A program made the translations under genes and the position numbers. A stretch of DNA of 64,000 bases from Haplodiscus bocki (lineage: Eukaryota), in assembly GCA_965655095.1 (NCBI GenBank), contig OZ296655.1, positions 31,310,001 to 31,374,000 of the forward strand, in the 5' to 3' direction. This document shows positions 35,980 through 46,358 of this stretch, one piece after another. Positions within the stretch are counted from its first letter, which is position 1. The number at the start of each line of letters is the position of its first letter. A model generated the notes under the pieces. That model was not told where the DNA came from, searched no databases, and saw nothing but the letters and a program-made list of their open reading frames with translations.

Positions 35980-36493
35980 AACTAAAATTGATTTTGCATA
36001 AAACATCGGACCGACTTCTCTAGGCGGGACTCTTTTTCACAATGACTTCTTTTGCGACTGAAGGATTGCCGGCTGAAGATTTATTGTTACCCTCTTTGAC
36101 ATTTTTTTTCCAGCTGGGGGTGCCCGGTCGCCTGCCCGCTCGCGGCATTTCGCGCGCCCACCCGCCCGCTCCGGCGCCTGTCGCGGCGCCTCGGTTTCCG
36201 GTGGCCTTGGCAATTGTTTTGTTTGCTGAATGCTTCAAAACATCTCGACCAGCTTTCCGAGGTCTCTTTTTACCTGAAATAATGTTTGCAAATTCGGAAA
36301 CGAATGAAGATACTAGATTTTTGCCAAATTCTTTGGCCACTGGCATAACATACTTTTCCATCAACGGCATCGCCACTCGCCCCATTCGCATGGCATACGC
36401 ACCCATGCCGCCAGATCCGAACAGTCGCGCTGGTACGTGAAAGGTAGATTGCTGATGCTGCTGTCGAATTTGAAAGTCATAATGGGCATCCAT
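35980..36493 (-). CDS. E2 core-like basic protein (3' end approximate)
   Basis: MDAHYD...FGSGGMGAYAMRMGRVAMPL...VAKEFGK, homologous to the E1 core protein. Confidence 0.7.
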
Positions 36494-36641
36494 TTGAGAG
36501 AGCAGCAGCAGTAGCCTGCAACACTTTGTCCCACTGTTTTATTGAACTGTTTTGCAAAGGAATGATGATTGGTACCGACTTTTTCTCGGTCGTTGAAGAC
36601 GAAGATGATAATGATGAAATTCAGTTTAGTAGTCTTTTGTC

Positions 36642-37597
36642 TCATTGTTCAAGGCGTTGTCGAAAGTGCAAGGTTAAGTTTGTCCGACCGCGATTGAGAA
36701 ACGGAACCAATTGGCCTGTTTCGTTCCGGAGCGCTACTGAAAGAGACTCTATGCTAGACTTTACGACGCGGCGCCATTGGAGGTTGCCGAACGTGCCAAC
36801 ATTCTGCTGCTGCTGCTGCTGCTGATTTCCAGTAGCCGGTCGCTCTGTCAATGGAATGGCTCGGAGCAATGCAATTCGACTGTCTCCCAAAATTTCATTT
36901 TGCACCAAACTGCAATATACAAAAATTGTATTGCAGCCACCAGTAAGGTCAATCGGAAATTGTCCGATTGTTTCAGGAAGCACCGAGTTGTTAACTTGCT
37001 TGTTGGTTTTGCCTATTTCAGAACAGTCAATGAGTGTTTTCATGCCCATAACGTTCTGCAAGTTTTTGGATATAGTTTCCAAAAATATACACTTTTTCGT
37101 TACCTTCATAAAAGAGTCTCAGAGCTTCTGATGCGGCATCCAGTTTCCACGAGAGAGGAAACTTGTCGTCCACGCGTCCACCAAAAATTTTCTTGCAAAT
37201 TGAACGCAAAATTTGGTCAACGCTTAAATAGACACCTAGTTTGATGCTTCCGACTTTTTCAATGATTGCCTTTGGAACAGGACGTAATGGTAGTTCGCAC
37301 ATTGTAACCAATCCGTATGGCCTTTCATTTACTTTTCTTTTCCGTGTGTCTGTGCTGCTGCTACCGCTAATATGGTTGTCACCTTGATTTTCCGGCGCGA
37401 ATCGATACTTGAAATGGCCAAGGGTTATTATTTGTATTGCTGCGGGCCATGCAATTTCGGCTGACGCCACTTCCCAGAAACCAGTTAGGTTGAGTTGTTC
37501 GGGTAAATAGAGTTGTAAAATCCGCCATCGTGTTGTCAGCAAAGGTCGAAATGGATGTGTTGGGAACTAAATTTATAGTAAACTCCCTCAGTGACAT
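36642..37597 (-). pseudogene. E2 minor capsid protein (penton), frameshifted
   Basis: FTINLVPNTS...ADNTMADFTT, WEVA, VYCSLVQNEILGD...LLRAI...LRNETGQLVPF. Confidence 0.85.
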
Positions 37598-37637
37598 TGT
37601 TTTTGATGCGTTGTCGATTAGAAAAATTTGAAAGAAG

Positions 37638-38858
37638 CTATTTTTCAAAGAGGGTCTGTTCGGATTCAAAGAATTTGCCTTGAATCAACTGATTGTTGGC
37701 GTCTTTTATGGTGTATGTGGGAGGGTTCAGTAATTGAAGTGCGGTAATGGTGAAAACCTCATCTGTAAACTGAATGCAGTACCCTCTAAGAAATGTTTCA
37801 ATTTTTGGTTTTATTCTAACTTGCTGGCCAAATTTGCATTTGGTCTAGCGAATTTGCTTGAAAGTTTGAAGGGAAATCAGATACGGTACATCACTTGTTT
37901 CAACGTCTTTCGGCGCTAGATTCGTGATGCGATTCACTCGACAATTAGTCACGTTTACGAATTGCTGTAAATTTTCAATATACGTGTCTGTGTTGTTTTC
38001 GTGCAAAAATTTGAAAATTATTGCTTTCAAAGATCGGATGTTTCGCTCAGCAAACGCCGATTTGGTTTCACTATGTGTCGAATAAAGCTCGATATCACTG
38101 TCTCTGCAGAATTGAGAAATTCATCGGCAAACTCTCGACCCTTGTCAACCCAATTTCTTTCAGGTTTAGGCTGACTTTTTGAATTGGGCCGACATAACTT
38201 CGGTTTCATCATTTCCGGTGAACTGTTTTTTCGCACGCAAAGGGCTCCCATGATTTTTTGCAACGCGTTTTTGCATTCTGTTGCAGTCTTTTTTCTCAAT
38301 GGCAGCGCCCAGACAAAGCGGCTCAGAGTGTCCACCGCAACATAACCGAAGTTAATTCCGTGGTTGTATCGAGATAGTTTTTGCATATCGGCCAAATCAA
38401 CGGACCGAATTTCATTCAATTGAAAACTCTGGACCTTCAACCTAGGGAAGCGATTTCTGGTTTGTTTGAACTTGGTATAAGTCTCACTCCGATTTAGAAA
38501 ATTGTCAACTTGTCTGTAGCTGCATTTCGAGGCTTTCTTGAGAGCATTTCCGAAGGCGAATGCAGCTGGGTTGTTGCAAGATGTGTAAACGTTATGTACT
38601 TTGCTGTAGGCTAAGGACTCCGCTGTGGAATCGGCAATTTTCCGTGTCACCGCACATTTTGAACAGAGAAAGTCAAGTCCTTTTATAGTCATCGACTCGG
38701 TGAAGACCACTGCAATCGAAATGTACGCAACCACAAATGTTGCACCATATAGAAGGCTTTTGACGTGAACCTTTGCCTAACTCTTTCGCGCAATTGCGAC
38801 AGTGCTATTTTACTTTTCCGTTGACTTTTGTTCCACCACCAATTTTTCTCTGCCTCAT
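37638..38858 (-). pseudogene. E2 integrase with N-terminal PHD finger; disrupted
   Basis: CRNC...IWCNICGCVHFDC...FLCSKC, then VDLADMQ, VAVDTLSRF, WVDKGREF, AERNIR, QGKFFESE followed by a stop. No chromodomain. Confidence 0.92.
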
Positions 38859-38928
38859 TTCTGTTCATTGAACAATCAACTGTTTGGGAAAAATTCTTTT
38901 GATTAATGAATTAGCAACACGCAACTGC

Positions 38929-39387
38929 TCAGTATAGTCGCAGCCACTTGGCTGTGGAGCAAACTCCAATTTTATCTTTGCTGTTATCGTCATAGTTGGC
39001 CACTTCTGTTGCTATGCGTTTTGCATGTGTATTCGCAAGTAAAAAGTTTGGCAACTTTAACCGTCTAACTAGATTTAGGGTTCCTTCATTCAAGTTTTTT
39101 GTGGTTGTTTGTAAATCATTCAAAAAGTCGAGAACCGTCGAACCTAGATCTCGGCCATGAAGCATCAGTCGACCGGAGTTACGATCGATCGATATGACAT
39201 TGATCTGATCGACTTTTTGGAGAATCTGCCTTGCCCGCTCAACGTTTCCACCAAATAGTCCCGAAGGCAATAAGTCGAGAAAGATTTGGTCTGTTTTTGC
39301 TAGTGTTTTGGCCCCGTCAGCTAGGGCAGCATCAGAAGTTCTTTGTTTCCGTATTTGTGCCTCTTTCACATTGCTTTTGTCTTGCAA
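38929..39387 (-). CDS. E2 conserved Polinton hypothetical protein (5' end probably frameshifted)
   Basis: Homolog of E1 21067-21732. Confidence 0.7.
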   Translation of the reverse strand: MQDKSNVKEAQIRKQRTSDAALADGAKTLAKTDQIFLDLLPSGLFGGNVERARQILQKVDQINVISIDRNSGRLMLHGRDLGSTVLDFLNDLQTTTKNLNEGTLNLVRRLKLPNFLLANTHAKRIATEVANYDDNSKDKIGVCSTAKWLRLY

Positions 39388-39531
39388 ATGAGTCTTGAGA
39401 TTTCAGAGTGTCTTCTGACCTGGTTGTGTCACGTGATGCCGAGAAGGATGTTTTTTCGTGGTTGACTTGATTTTTGGAAGAACTTAGGGACGAGTATTAT
39501 TCGTCCAACGTTATTAACACAAACTTTCATG

Positions 39532-39837
39532 CTACTGCTTAATGCCGAGTCGGTTCCTCAAATGATTGAGAACAGAAAATTCGATCAGTTTCAGAGGTTT
39601 GATACCACTTCTGGTAGCTAAAAGTTGACGCTTTTTTTTAATCGGGCTATTCTTTTTACAGATAATTGCAATACTGGCTTCATGCCTCTTTAGTTTTCTT
39701 GCTGAAACGTCTGCAGTCATCTTAATTTGACCATGCACAACCTTAAAAAGACAATTGCAGAAAAGCTTGATAATTTCAGCGGCACAGTGTAAAAGAAATG
39801 ACTGTTTTAAAAGGTTTAATTTTACTGAACAGTTCAA
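39532..39837 (-). CDS. E2 small basic protein
   Basis: IKLFCNCLFKVVHGQIKM...KKKRQLL. Homolog of E1 21779-22111. Confidence 0.7.
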   Translation of the reverse strand: MNCSVKLNLLKQSFLLHCAAEIIKLFCNCLFKVVHGQIKMTADVSARKLKRHEASIAIICKKNSPIKKKRQLLATRSGIKPLKLIEFSVLNHLRNRLGIKQ

Positions 39838-40246
39838 GAATATAAAAGTTGCACTGACTCATTATTGACTATTTCTTTTGTTAGGGTTGAAGAAATATAA
39901 AAGACACTAGGCTGGTCTCCGCTACAGTTTGAAGAGTATTTAAGTTTGGGATCCGTTTGCGGATCCAAATCAATCAATAAATGACCAAAAGGTTTTGACG
40001 CAGCTCTTTTATAAGCTTCCAGGAGAACTTTCCTGTCACCCAGTTGTCTACCCAACACCCCAATTTGTTTAACATCCCGAGGACTTTTGAAAAGAATCAC
40101 TTGTGTTACGTTGAGATCAATCAGTTTTGAATTTTTTGCGGGTTGGTAAATGTTATCTCTCAGAGTCATCAAATGTATGTTTCGATGTCTTCCAGCAACA
40201 ACCAAGTTAAGGTACGTTCCATCTTCGCACGCATCTTGATATAAAC
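39834..40246 (-). pseudogene. E2 packaging ATPase, C-terminal half only
   Basis: LYQDAC...VVAGRHRN...FKSPRD...PFGHLLIDL. Walker A/B region absent. Confidence 0.85.
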
Positions 40247-40439
40247 ACTTAAAATATGGTGAAGTCGTTGCAACTCTGTCAAATCCAAATTTATCAGATT
40301 GAGATTATATCGACTTTTTGAACTCGCAAGTGTTGACTGCTCTAAACAGACTAATGTCGTTTTAGGATTTATTCGTCCCGTAAGGTTTGTGGTGCTGGAA
40401 ATGGGAAAAGAAATGGATGTCTCGACGTACGAACGCACG

Positions 40440-40900
40440 ACTGACATCTGTGGAAGTTAAAGTGAAAATGATTGAAGTGAAAACTCTCTGTAATCTGAGC
40501 TTTTGCAGAATTTCATCACAAGCCAAAATGCTAAGCCAAGGATATGTCCTAGAAACATACTGTCCCCGAAAATTGGTTTCTTCGATATTGCATAACCGTA
40601 AGCAGGTCCAACATTATAATTACTTTTCATGAATCCAAAAGCATCATGAAAAATTGCATGAAGCCGAAAAACTTTGAAAGATTTGAAAAAAAAATGAAGT
40701 TGCTGTTGCCAGGGCCTATGAGTCCTCCGAACTCGGCGAGAACATTGACGTAACGCAAATTTATTTCGTTAATCAAACTATAGCAAACGGCTAAAAATGC
40801 ATTTTTGCGTCGATTGTTTTTGGGAAACAGAAAGGCCATCTTATTTAGAGTATCGTCTAGTTCTTGCGCAGTTAAAATATTGTGCGTGTTGTATTACTCT
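40440..40900 (-). pseudogene. E2 conserved Gly-rich/hydrophobic hypothetical protein (boundaries approximate)
   Basis: KNAFLAVCYSL...GGLIGPGNS...DAFGFMKSNYNVG...KPIF...LGHI. Confidence 0.65.
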
Positions 40901-40949
40901 GATATTAGGTAAAAAGCAACCGTTTTGATTGAAGTTTCAATTTAAAATA

Positions 40950-41782
40950 GTTCAAAGAAATTGAGTGTTCCCTTCAACAAAAGTGAATAAACTTGAATGA
41001 TAGTTCAAATCGTCTTTACAGTAGAATGGAATGCTTGGGTTTTGTGCTTCAACGCATTCGAAACATTAACATTGAGCATTGGAACAACCCAAGTCGACTT
41101 TCAATATGCTGTTGTTATGTGAAGCCTCCATTGTCTCCAAACCACGTATGAGAATGTCAATGAAGTCCAAAACCGAATCTTTGAAAACTGCTTCGGATTT
41201 CTGTAGTTCCTGAGCAACTCTTTCTGTGTCGTCTACACCACTGAATGGTGAATAGCATTGTCGTTGGAACTCCCAAATCACTTTAAATTGACATCCCAAG
41301 TCGGAAGTTGATCGAGAGGCTTTCATCTTTTTCAGCCTGTCGCCATACAATCGGAGGGTGTTTGCTGATGCCGATATTTCCTTCTTCACACAGATTTTTG
41401 GATATGTGACATTGCACAGCATAACCTTACAGTCTTTGAGTCTTTTTTTGTTCCCGAGCGTCAGGGCAGGAGTGTTTTTGAAATAGTTTTCTGCGCCAAC
41501 AAAACTCTTGATGTGAAACAGTAAATGAAAATGGGGCTCTCTTACCACTGAGCAGATATCTTCACAGCCATGAGCATGCAGTCTTACAGTGTAGTCACAG
41601 TTCGTTGAAGCTACTAGTTTTAAGAATTCTTTCAGTGTTCCTGGTAATTCGACTTCATACGTTTCCGCATATACTTTAGCAGTCTTTGAGGGTCGTGGAA
41701 GTGTGTCTCCTTCGAAATCCTCTTCACAGGAGAATATCAGGTAATAGAAATTGCTGGGGACTTCACGAAAGATACTTGTCAT
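40950..41782 (-). pseudogene. E2 terminal ORF with HUH-like motif and CxCxxC (one premature stop at 41066)
   Basis: MTSIFREV...YTVRLH...EPHFHLLFH...SFVGAE...WEF...FKDSVLDF...DLGCSNAQC*CFEC. Confidence 0.72.
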
Positions 41783-41884
41783 AAGTAAAAATAGTAGAAT
41801 TAGCAAAAAATCCCATCGCGTCTAAAACAGCCGACTAATATCAAAGTGTCAAAATTTTCAGAGAATACACTGATCTACTCGTCA

Positions 41885-42070
41885 ATTTCGACGCTTTGAA
41901 TAGTTTGCCAGTTTTCGACGCTTTGGAAATCACCAACTTTGAGAATATTTACGGTACTCGAATATTTCGATCTAGGCTCCGACTATCACAAGTACTTGAA
42001 ATGTAAAAGTAAGCAGTGACGCCCGCTCTAGCTTGGGGGAAGCGATAAAAATTAAATACGGAAGAATGAA
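41885..42070. repeat. Dispersed repeat (partner at 26790-27030) where the E2 right end would be expected
   Basis: Shared sequence blocks with 26790-27030. Confidence 0.7.
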
Positions 42071-42074
42071 AGTG

Positions 42075-43146
42075 AACAAGACCGCCGGCTAGCACTGGCA
42101 TATTTTTCGCCCAACTACAAATATTTTGATCAAATTTTGCAAACGGTTAAAAACAAAACTACTGTTTTGATATTAGTTTTCAAAGAATTTTTACACACAT
42201 CAATTCCACCACTGATTTCTGTACTTTATGCAAAAGGACATCACGATTTTCCGTTGAAAAATTTTTGTCTCACAGTGCCAAAAAAATTTGTCGAGGAACC
42301 CTTCTGTGTTTCAGAAAATTTCAGGGATCGAAAAATTTTATGCCTAAGAGGGGAATATCACGATTTTCTATAGAAAATTTGTTGTCTCACAGTGCCGAAA
42401 AACTTCGTAGGGGAACCCTTTAGGGTGTCACTAATTTCGGGCATCGAAAAATTTTATGCTTCAGAGGGTTATGTCACGATTATTTGTCAAAATTTTTTTT
42501 GTCTCACAGTGCCGAAAAATTTCGTAGGGGAACCCTTCTGTGCTGTGTTTCGGAAAATTTACGGTAGCGAAAAAGTTTATGGATAAGGGGGGGGGGAAGT
42601 ATCAAGATTTTCCGTGGAAAATTTCTTCTCCCACAGGACCGAAAAACTTCGTAAGGGGTCCCTTCTGTTTCACTAATTTCGGGTATCGAAAAATGGTAGG
42701 GGTAAGAGAGGGGGCGGGAATCACAATTTTCCGTCGAAATTATTTTGTCTCACAGTACCGAAACATTTCGTAAAGGAATCCTTCAGTGTTTATTTAAATT
42801 CGGGTGTCGAAAAAGTTTAGGGATAAGAGGGGGGGGGGAGGAGGGAGGGAGTATCAAGATATTCCGTCGAAAATTTTTTGTCTCGCAGTCCCGAAAAATT
42901 TCGTAGGTGAATCCTTTAAGTAATTCAATAAATTCGGGCATCGAAAAATGTTAGGGATAAATCGTAAAAATATTTGGCACGACAGAGACTCGAACCCCAA
43001 ACCTACTGCTTGAGAACGCTGTTGTCCTAACCCTACTGCTGTCATTTATTTTTGAATAAAAAGAGTTGGCAGTTTTGCACTGAAACAAAACGACCCTACT
43101 GAATGAATAATTTTTCTTGCACATTACATATGCGGCGAAAAATAAT
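42075..43146. mobile_element. HINE/Helentron-like element, family B, with six ~115-133-bp tandem units and a tRNA-derived cassette
   Basis: Subterminal IR ATTTTTCGCC (42102) / GGCGAAAAAT (43134). Units start ~42240, 42357, 42472, 42601, 42720 and 42853 (core tgtctcacagtgccgaaaaatttcgtaggggaaccctt). Minus-strand B-box GGTTCGAGTC at ~42990. Confidence 0.6.
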
Positions 43147-46100
43147 AATAAACAGGGACCATTCCTGTTCACTGTAGCGATCACCCTCGGCCAGTCACGC
43201 CGTTTGCGAAAGAAAGTAACGTCTACAGGCATTAAGTTTCGCTTACTTCCTAAGAAGAATTGATCGCTTAGATTTACTGGAAAGTGGACGAAAGTGAAGG
43301 TTCACTTGCTGAGCTCTCTTAATCGGAAAAGTTGAATTTTGCTTCCACGATGTCCCAAAAACAACCATAGACCAACCTTCTACTCGCACTGATTTTTTTG
43401 TCGCTCTGGCGGCCTGTTCGCCAGCGCTCGAGACAACGACCTCGCATTTCAAAGTTCAACTTCTGGCAATTACGCATTTCAGGAAGATATGCCACAGTGC
43501 GTTCATTAGGTGATTACATTTTCTTCACAACGGCACCGCTGACCTTCCAGCTCTCCTGAATTTCAGGTCCGTTTTCTCCAAAGCGTCGTCTTGTGTATCA
43601 ACAGGGCGGTGTTGGGTGGTTTTCTACGCACAAGTCCCGGAAGCGCAACATTTTGCTTTTTATATTCAATGGGAGCCAAGCAATGAATTTAGAAAAGATC
43701 TTGCCACCAATTTTTGATGCTATATTGACACTCATGAACTCAAGATCTAAGGTTACATCTCAACGGCGGACAAAAAAAAGAGTAGCTTCAAATAACAGAC
43801 CCGAGACATTCAGCCACCACTAGGATTCAATAGGAAGTTTAGATAGATTTGCAATTACCGGTAAGAATTGATAGAGGATTAAACGATCAAGTTTCCTGCC
43901 CTCTCCAAAACTCATTGACACTGTCAACGTACAGGCTTGCTATAGTGCTCTTTCGATGCTGTTAAAAAGTCTCGATTTTTAGTGCTTTTTAAAAAAGTGC
44001 CCGACTATTTCAGTAACTTTTTTTTAAAATTTTTCATTTGTTTTTCAAGACTATCAAAATCAAAGAATTTCTACAATAATTTTACACTCCCAGCCCATAG
44101 TGACTGGTACTCCAAAAGACCACACTGGTTTAGAAGGTAGGACAAAAAGGTACTACAGCCATAGATAAGATACTCGGTAAATATTTTTCGGGAGAAGCGT
44201 CTTTTTGTTTTTTGGCACTTTACACCATCACCATCGAAATCGGCAAAATTCTCCATATATTCCACAATCTAGTATTTGAGTCCTAGGCCTCCGGTCGTCT
44301 TGGAAAGGACAACCCAAACCTGGAAACGTAATATATTATGTACAAGAATACAAAAACCCCAATTTTCTCGAAAACCAATTCCCAATAATTTTGTAATACC
44401 ATTGCATATTTTTTGAGCGTACAGGCAGCGCCGACTTGAGCCTTCCTCGCTTGTTAAATTCAAAACATTGCTATCCAGGATGTTACGGATCACGCGCTAA
44501 AAGTACCTAGTTTAATCCAGAAAAAAAGCCGATTTCATTTAAATAGATTTACAAAATTGAAAAGGAGCAGGCTAAAATATCATGAGAATAAAATTTACCA
44601 AATTTCAGAAGATTAAATCACTACGCAGCCATCGAAAAAAAATTGAATTACTTAGCAGCCAAAGAAAGTTAATGGAATCACTTAGCATTCAAGAAATTTA
44701 TTAGTGACATTCACTTGCTAAATTGTGATTTTCCGTGAAAACCAGTTTCACATCCGCAAAATCCCAAAAATAAAAAGGGAGTGTCGCAGAATCAAGTTTG
44801 GTATTTCCTTTCTCGAAAAAATGTTTATGCAAAAAAATAAGATGAAATGAAAATTTTAGAAATTGTGCATCTGCTTCTTTGGCATGTGCGAAGAGCCCTA
44901 CATTTCCTTTGAAGAAATTTTGTTTTGCCCTTTGTACATGCGACCTTTCGGTACTTTCGTTATTGAAACTTTTCGGTAAAGCAGGAGGGTTTTCACAGAT
45001 TTTACCCGAAGATCATGGTCGCATACTACCGAAAATCTTTTGTTTTTCGAGAACTCTACTTCATAGAAATTTTGCCGAAGGAGAAACATATACATCACGC
45101 TTTTTGACTGAAAATTTTCTCTCGTGTTACCAAAAATTTTGTGGGGCCATTTATTTATTTGTTTTGAAAATTTGAGCGTCCCCAAAAAAACCGGGAAGTT
45201 CGTCCAGAAAGATCAAATTATTGGGCGGGAAATAATACGACTGCCATTCTTTTGTAACTATAGTTTAGATTATAACCTGTGCATTTCTGCGGAAAAACAA
45301 GCATGCGTTTGATTCATTCTTCATTTAATTCGTAATACTAAAAAGAATTCAGTGAATTCCGATTTCCAACGATTCATTCATGTAGCATCATCTGCATAAG
45401 AGAGCTGAGTCAGCTTGCTTATCTGAGATAAATTTGTATTCAACACATAGTCAGGCAGAGCAGACCCTTTGGTTGGGCGACGTTGAAACCAGATATACGA
45501 TACTCCAATAACATATTGATATTACATTCAATCGAAATATACACATTACACTTCATTGGGATAAACAAAAACATCAAAGGATTCAAACCACTGCGCAAAG
45601 ATTTGCATGCACTGAAGGTCTACAAGCCCAATTCTATTTGAAGCTCGATCTATCTCTGCTTTATTTAGGGCCCAATGTAATGATTTAGGACTTGAGCGGT
45701 AATAATTTATACGTATGGAAGTGCGAGTTAATTAATCTACTATGACACGATGGCAATTTACTGCAACTAGAAAAATTTGAGCCAATAGATTTTCAATTTT
45801 TTCCAACCAGCTTTTTCCCGAACACTTACAGGCGCATTCGGCGGAAATAATTTCGTACTCTGACAATGAGTCAACAAATGAATGCACCAGGGGTGTGACA
45901 TAATTATGAAGAAAAAGTGGTCTCTGTGAAGGACCACAGGGTTATTTAGGGTTAACTTAGTCAAAATGTTCCCAAGATCTTAAGCAGAAAGGTCAGATTA
46001 TGCTTTGCCATTTTCCAGATTAAAAAATTGACAGTTATACTCATAATGTGTCTTATAGATCTTCCTGCTGGGATATAAAACTTTATTGCTTGCATGAAAC

Positions 46101-46358
46101 ACGTTGCCTTTTTTAAATTTTAGGAAATCCATCAGCGAATTGAGAGTAGCAATAAAACAGCTCTGAAAATATACTTTCTGTTCATTACGTACATAATTAA
46201 ATCTGAAGTCTAAAATTTAGGTAATATTGGGGAAAATTGGGAAATTCATTAAATAAATGAGGAGGAGGACGATAAATTCCATCATCATAATCCGCTAATA
46301 CAATGCAAGATCCCCAGTCGGTGGCGCTCTGTTTAGGCCGATAAAGCTCAAATTAGCT

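Larger units (their letters stand above)
28686..41830. mobile_element. Polinton/Maverick element E2, same gene order and orientation as E1 but a divergent family; right end missing
   Basis: Left end AGTATTGTAAGC-G9-TGTT mirrors the E1 terminus and interrupts a host repeat (28575-28685 resembles ~7811-7915). Carries the E1 gene set except for a deletion near the ATPase. No right TIR found. Confidence 0.93.

Noticed and set aside
10594-41830. E1 and E2 as a tandem duplication or assembly artefact
   Set aside because: Their proteins are clearly diverged, introns and termini differ, E1 has its own TSD, and unique UBXN1 exons lie between them.
42232-42960. CRISPR-like array
   Set aside because: Whole units are homologous with no unique spacers, and the context is eukaryotic. 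It is a minisatellite inside a transposon.
42976-43045. tRNA gene on the minus strand
   Set aside because: Only the T-arm/B-box looks right, the cloverleaf is incomplete, and it is part of a repeat element.
43180-46300. Displaced right end of E2
   Set aside because: No C-tract/CTTAC...ACT terminus and no similarity to E1 24650-25234 was seen.
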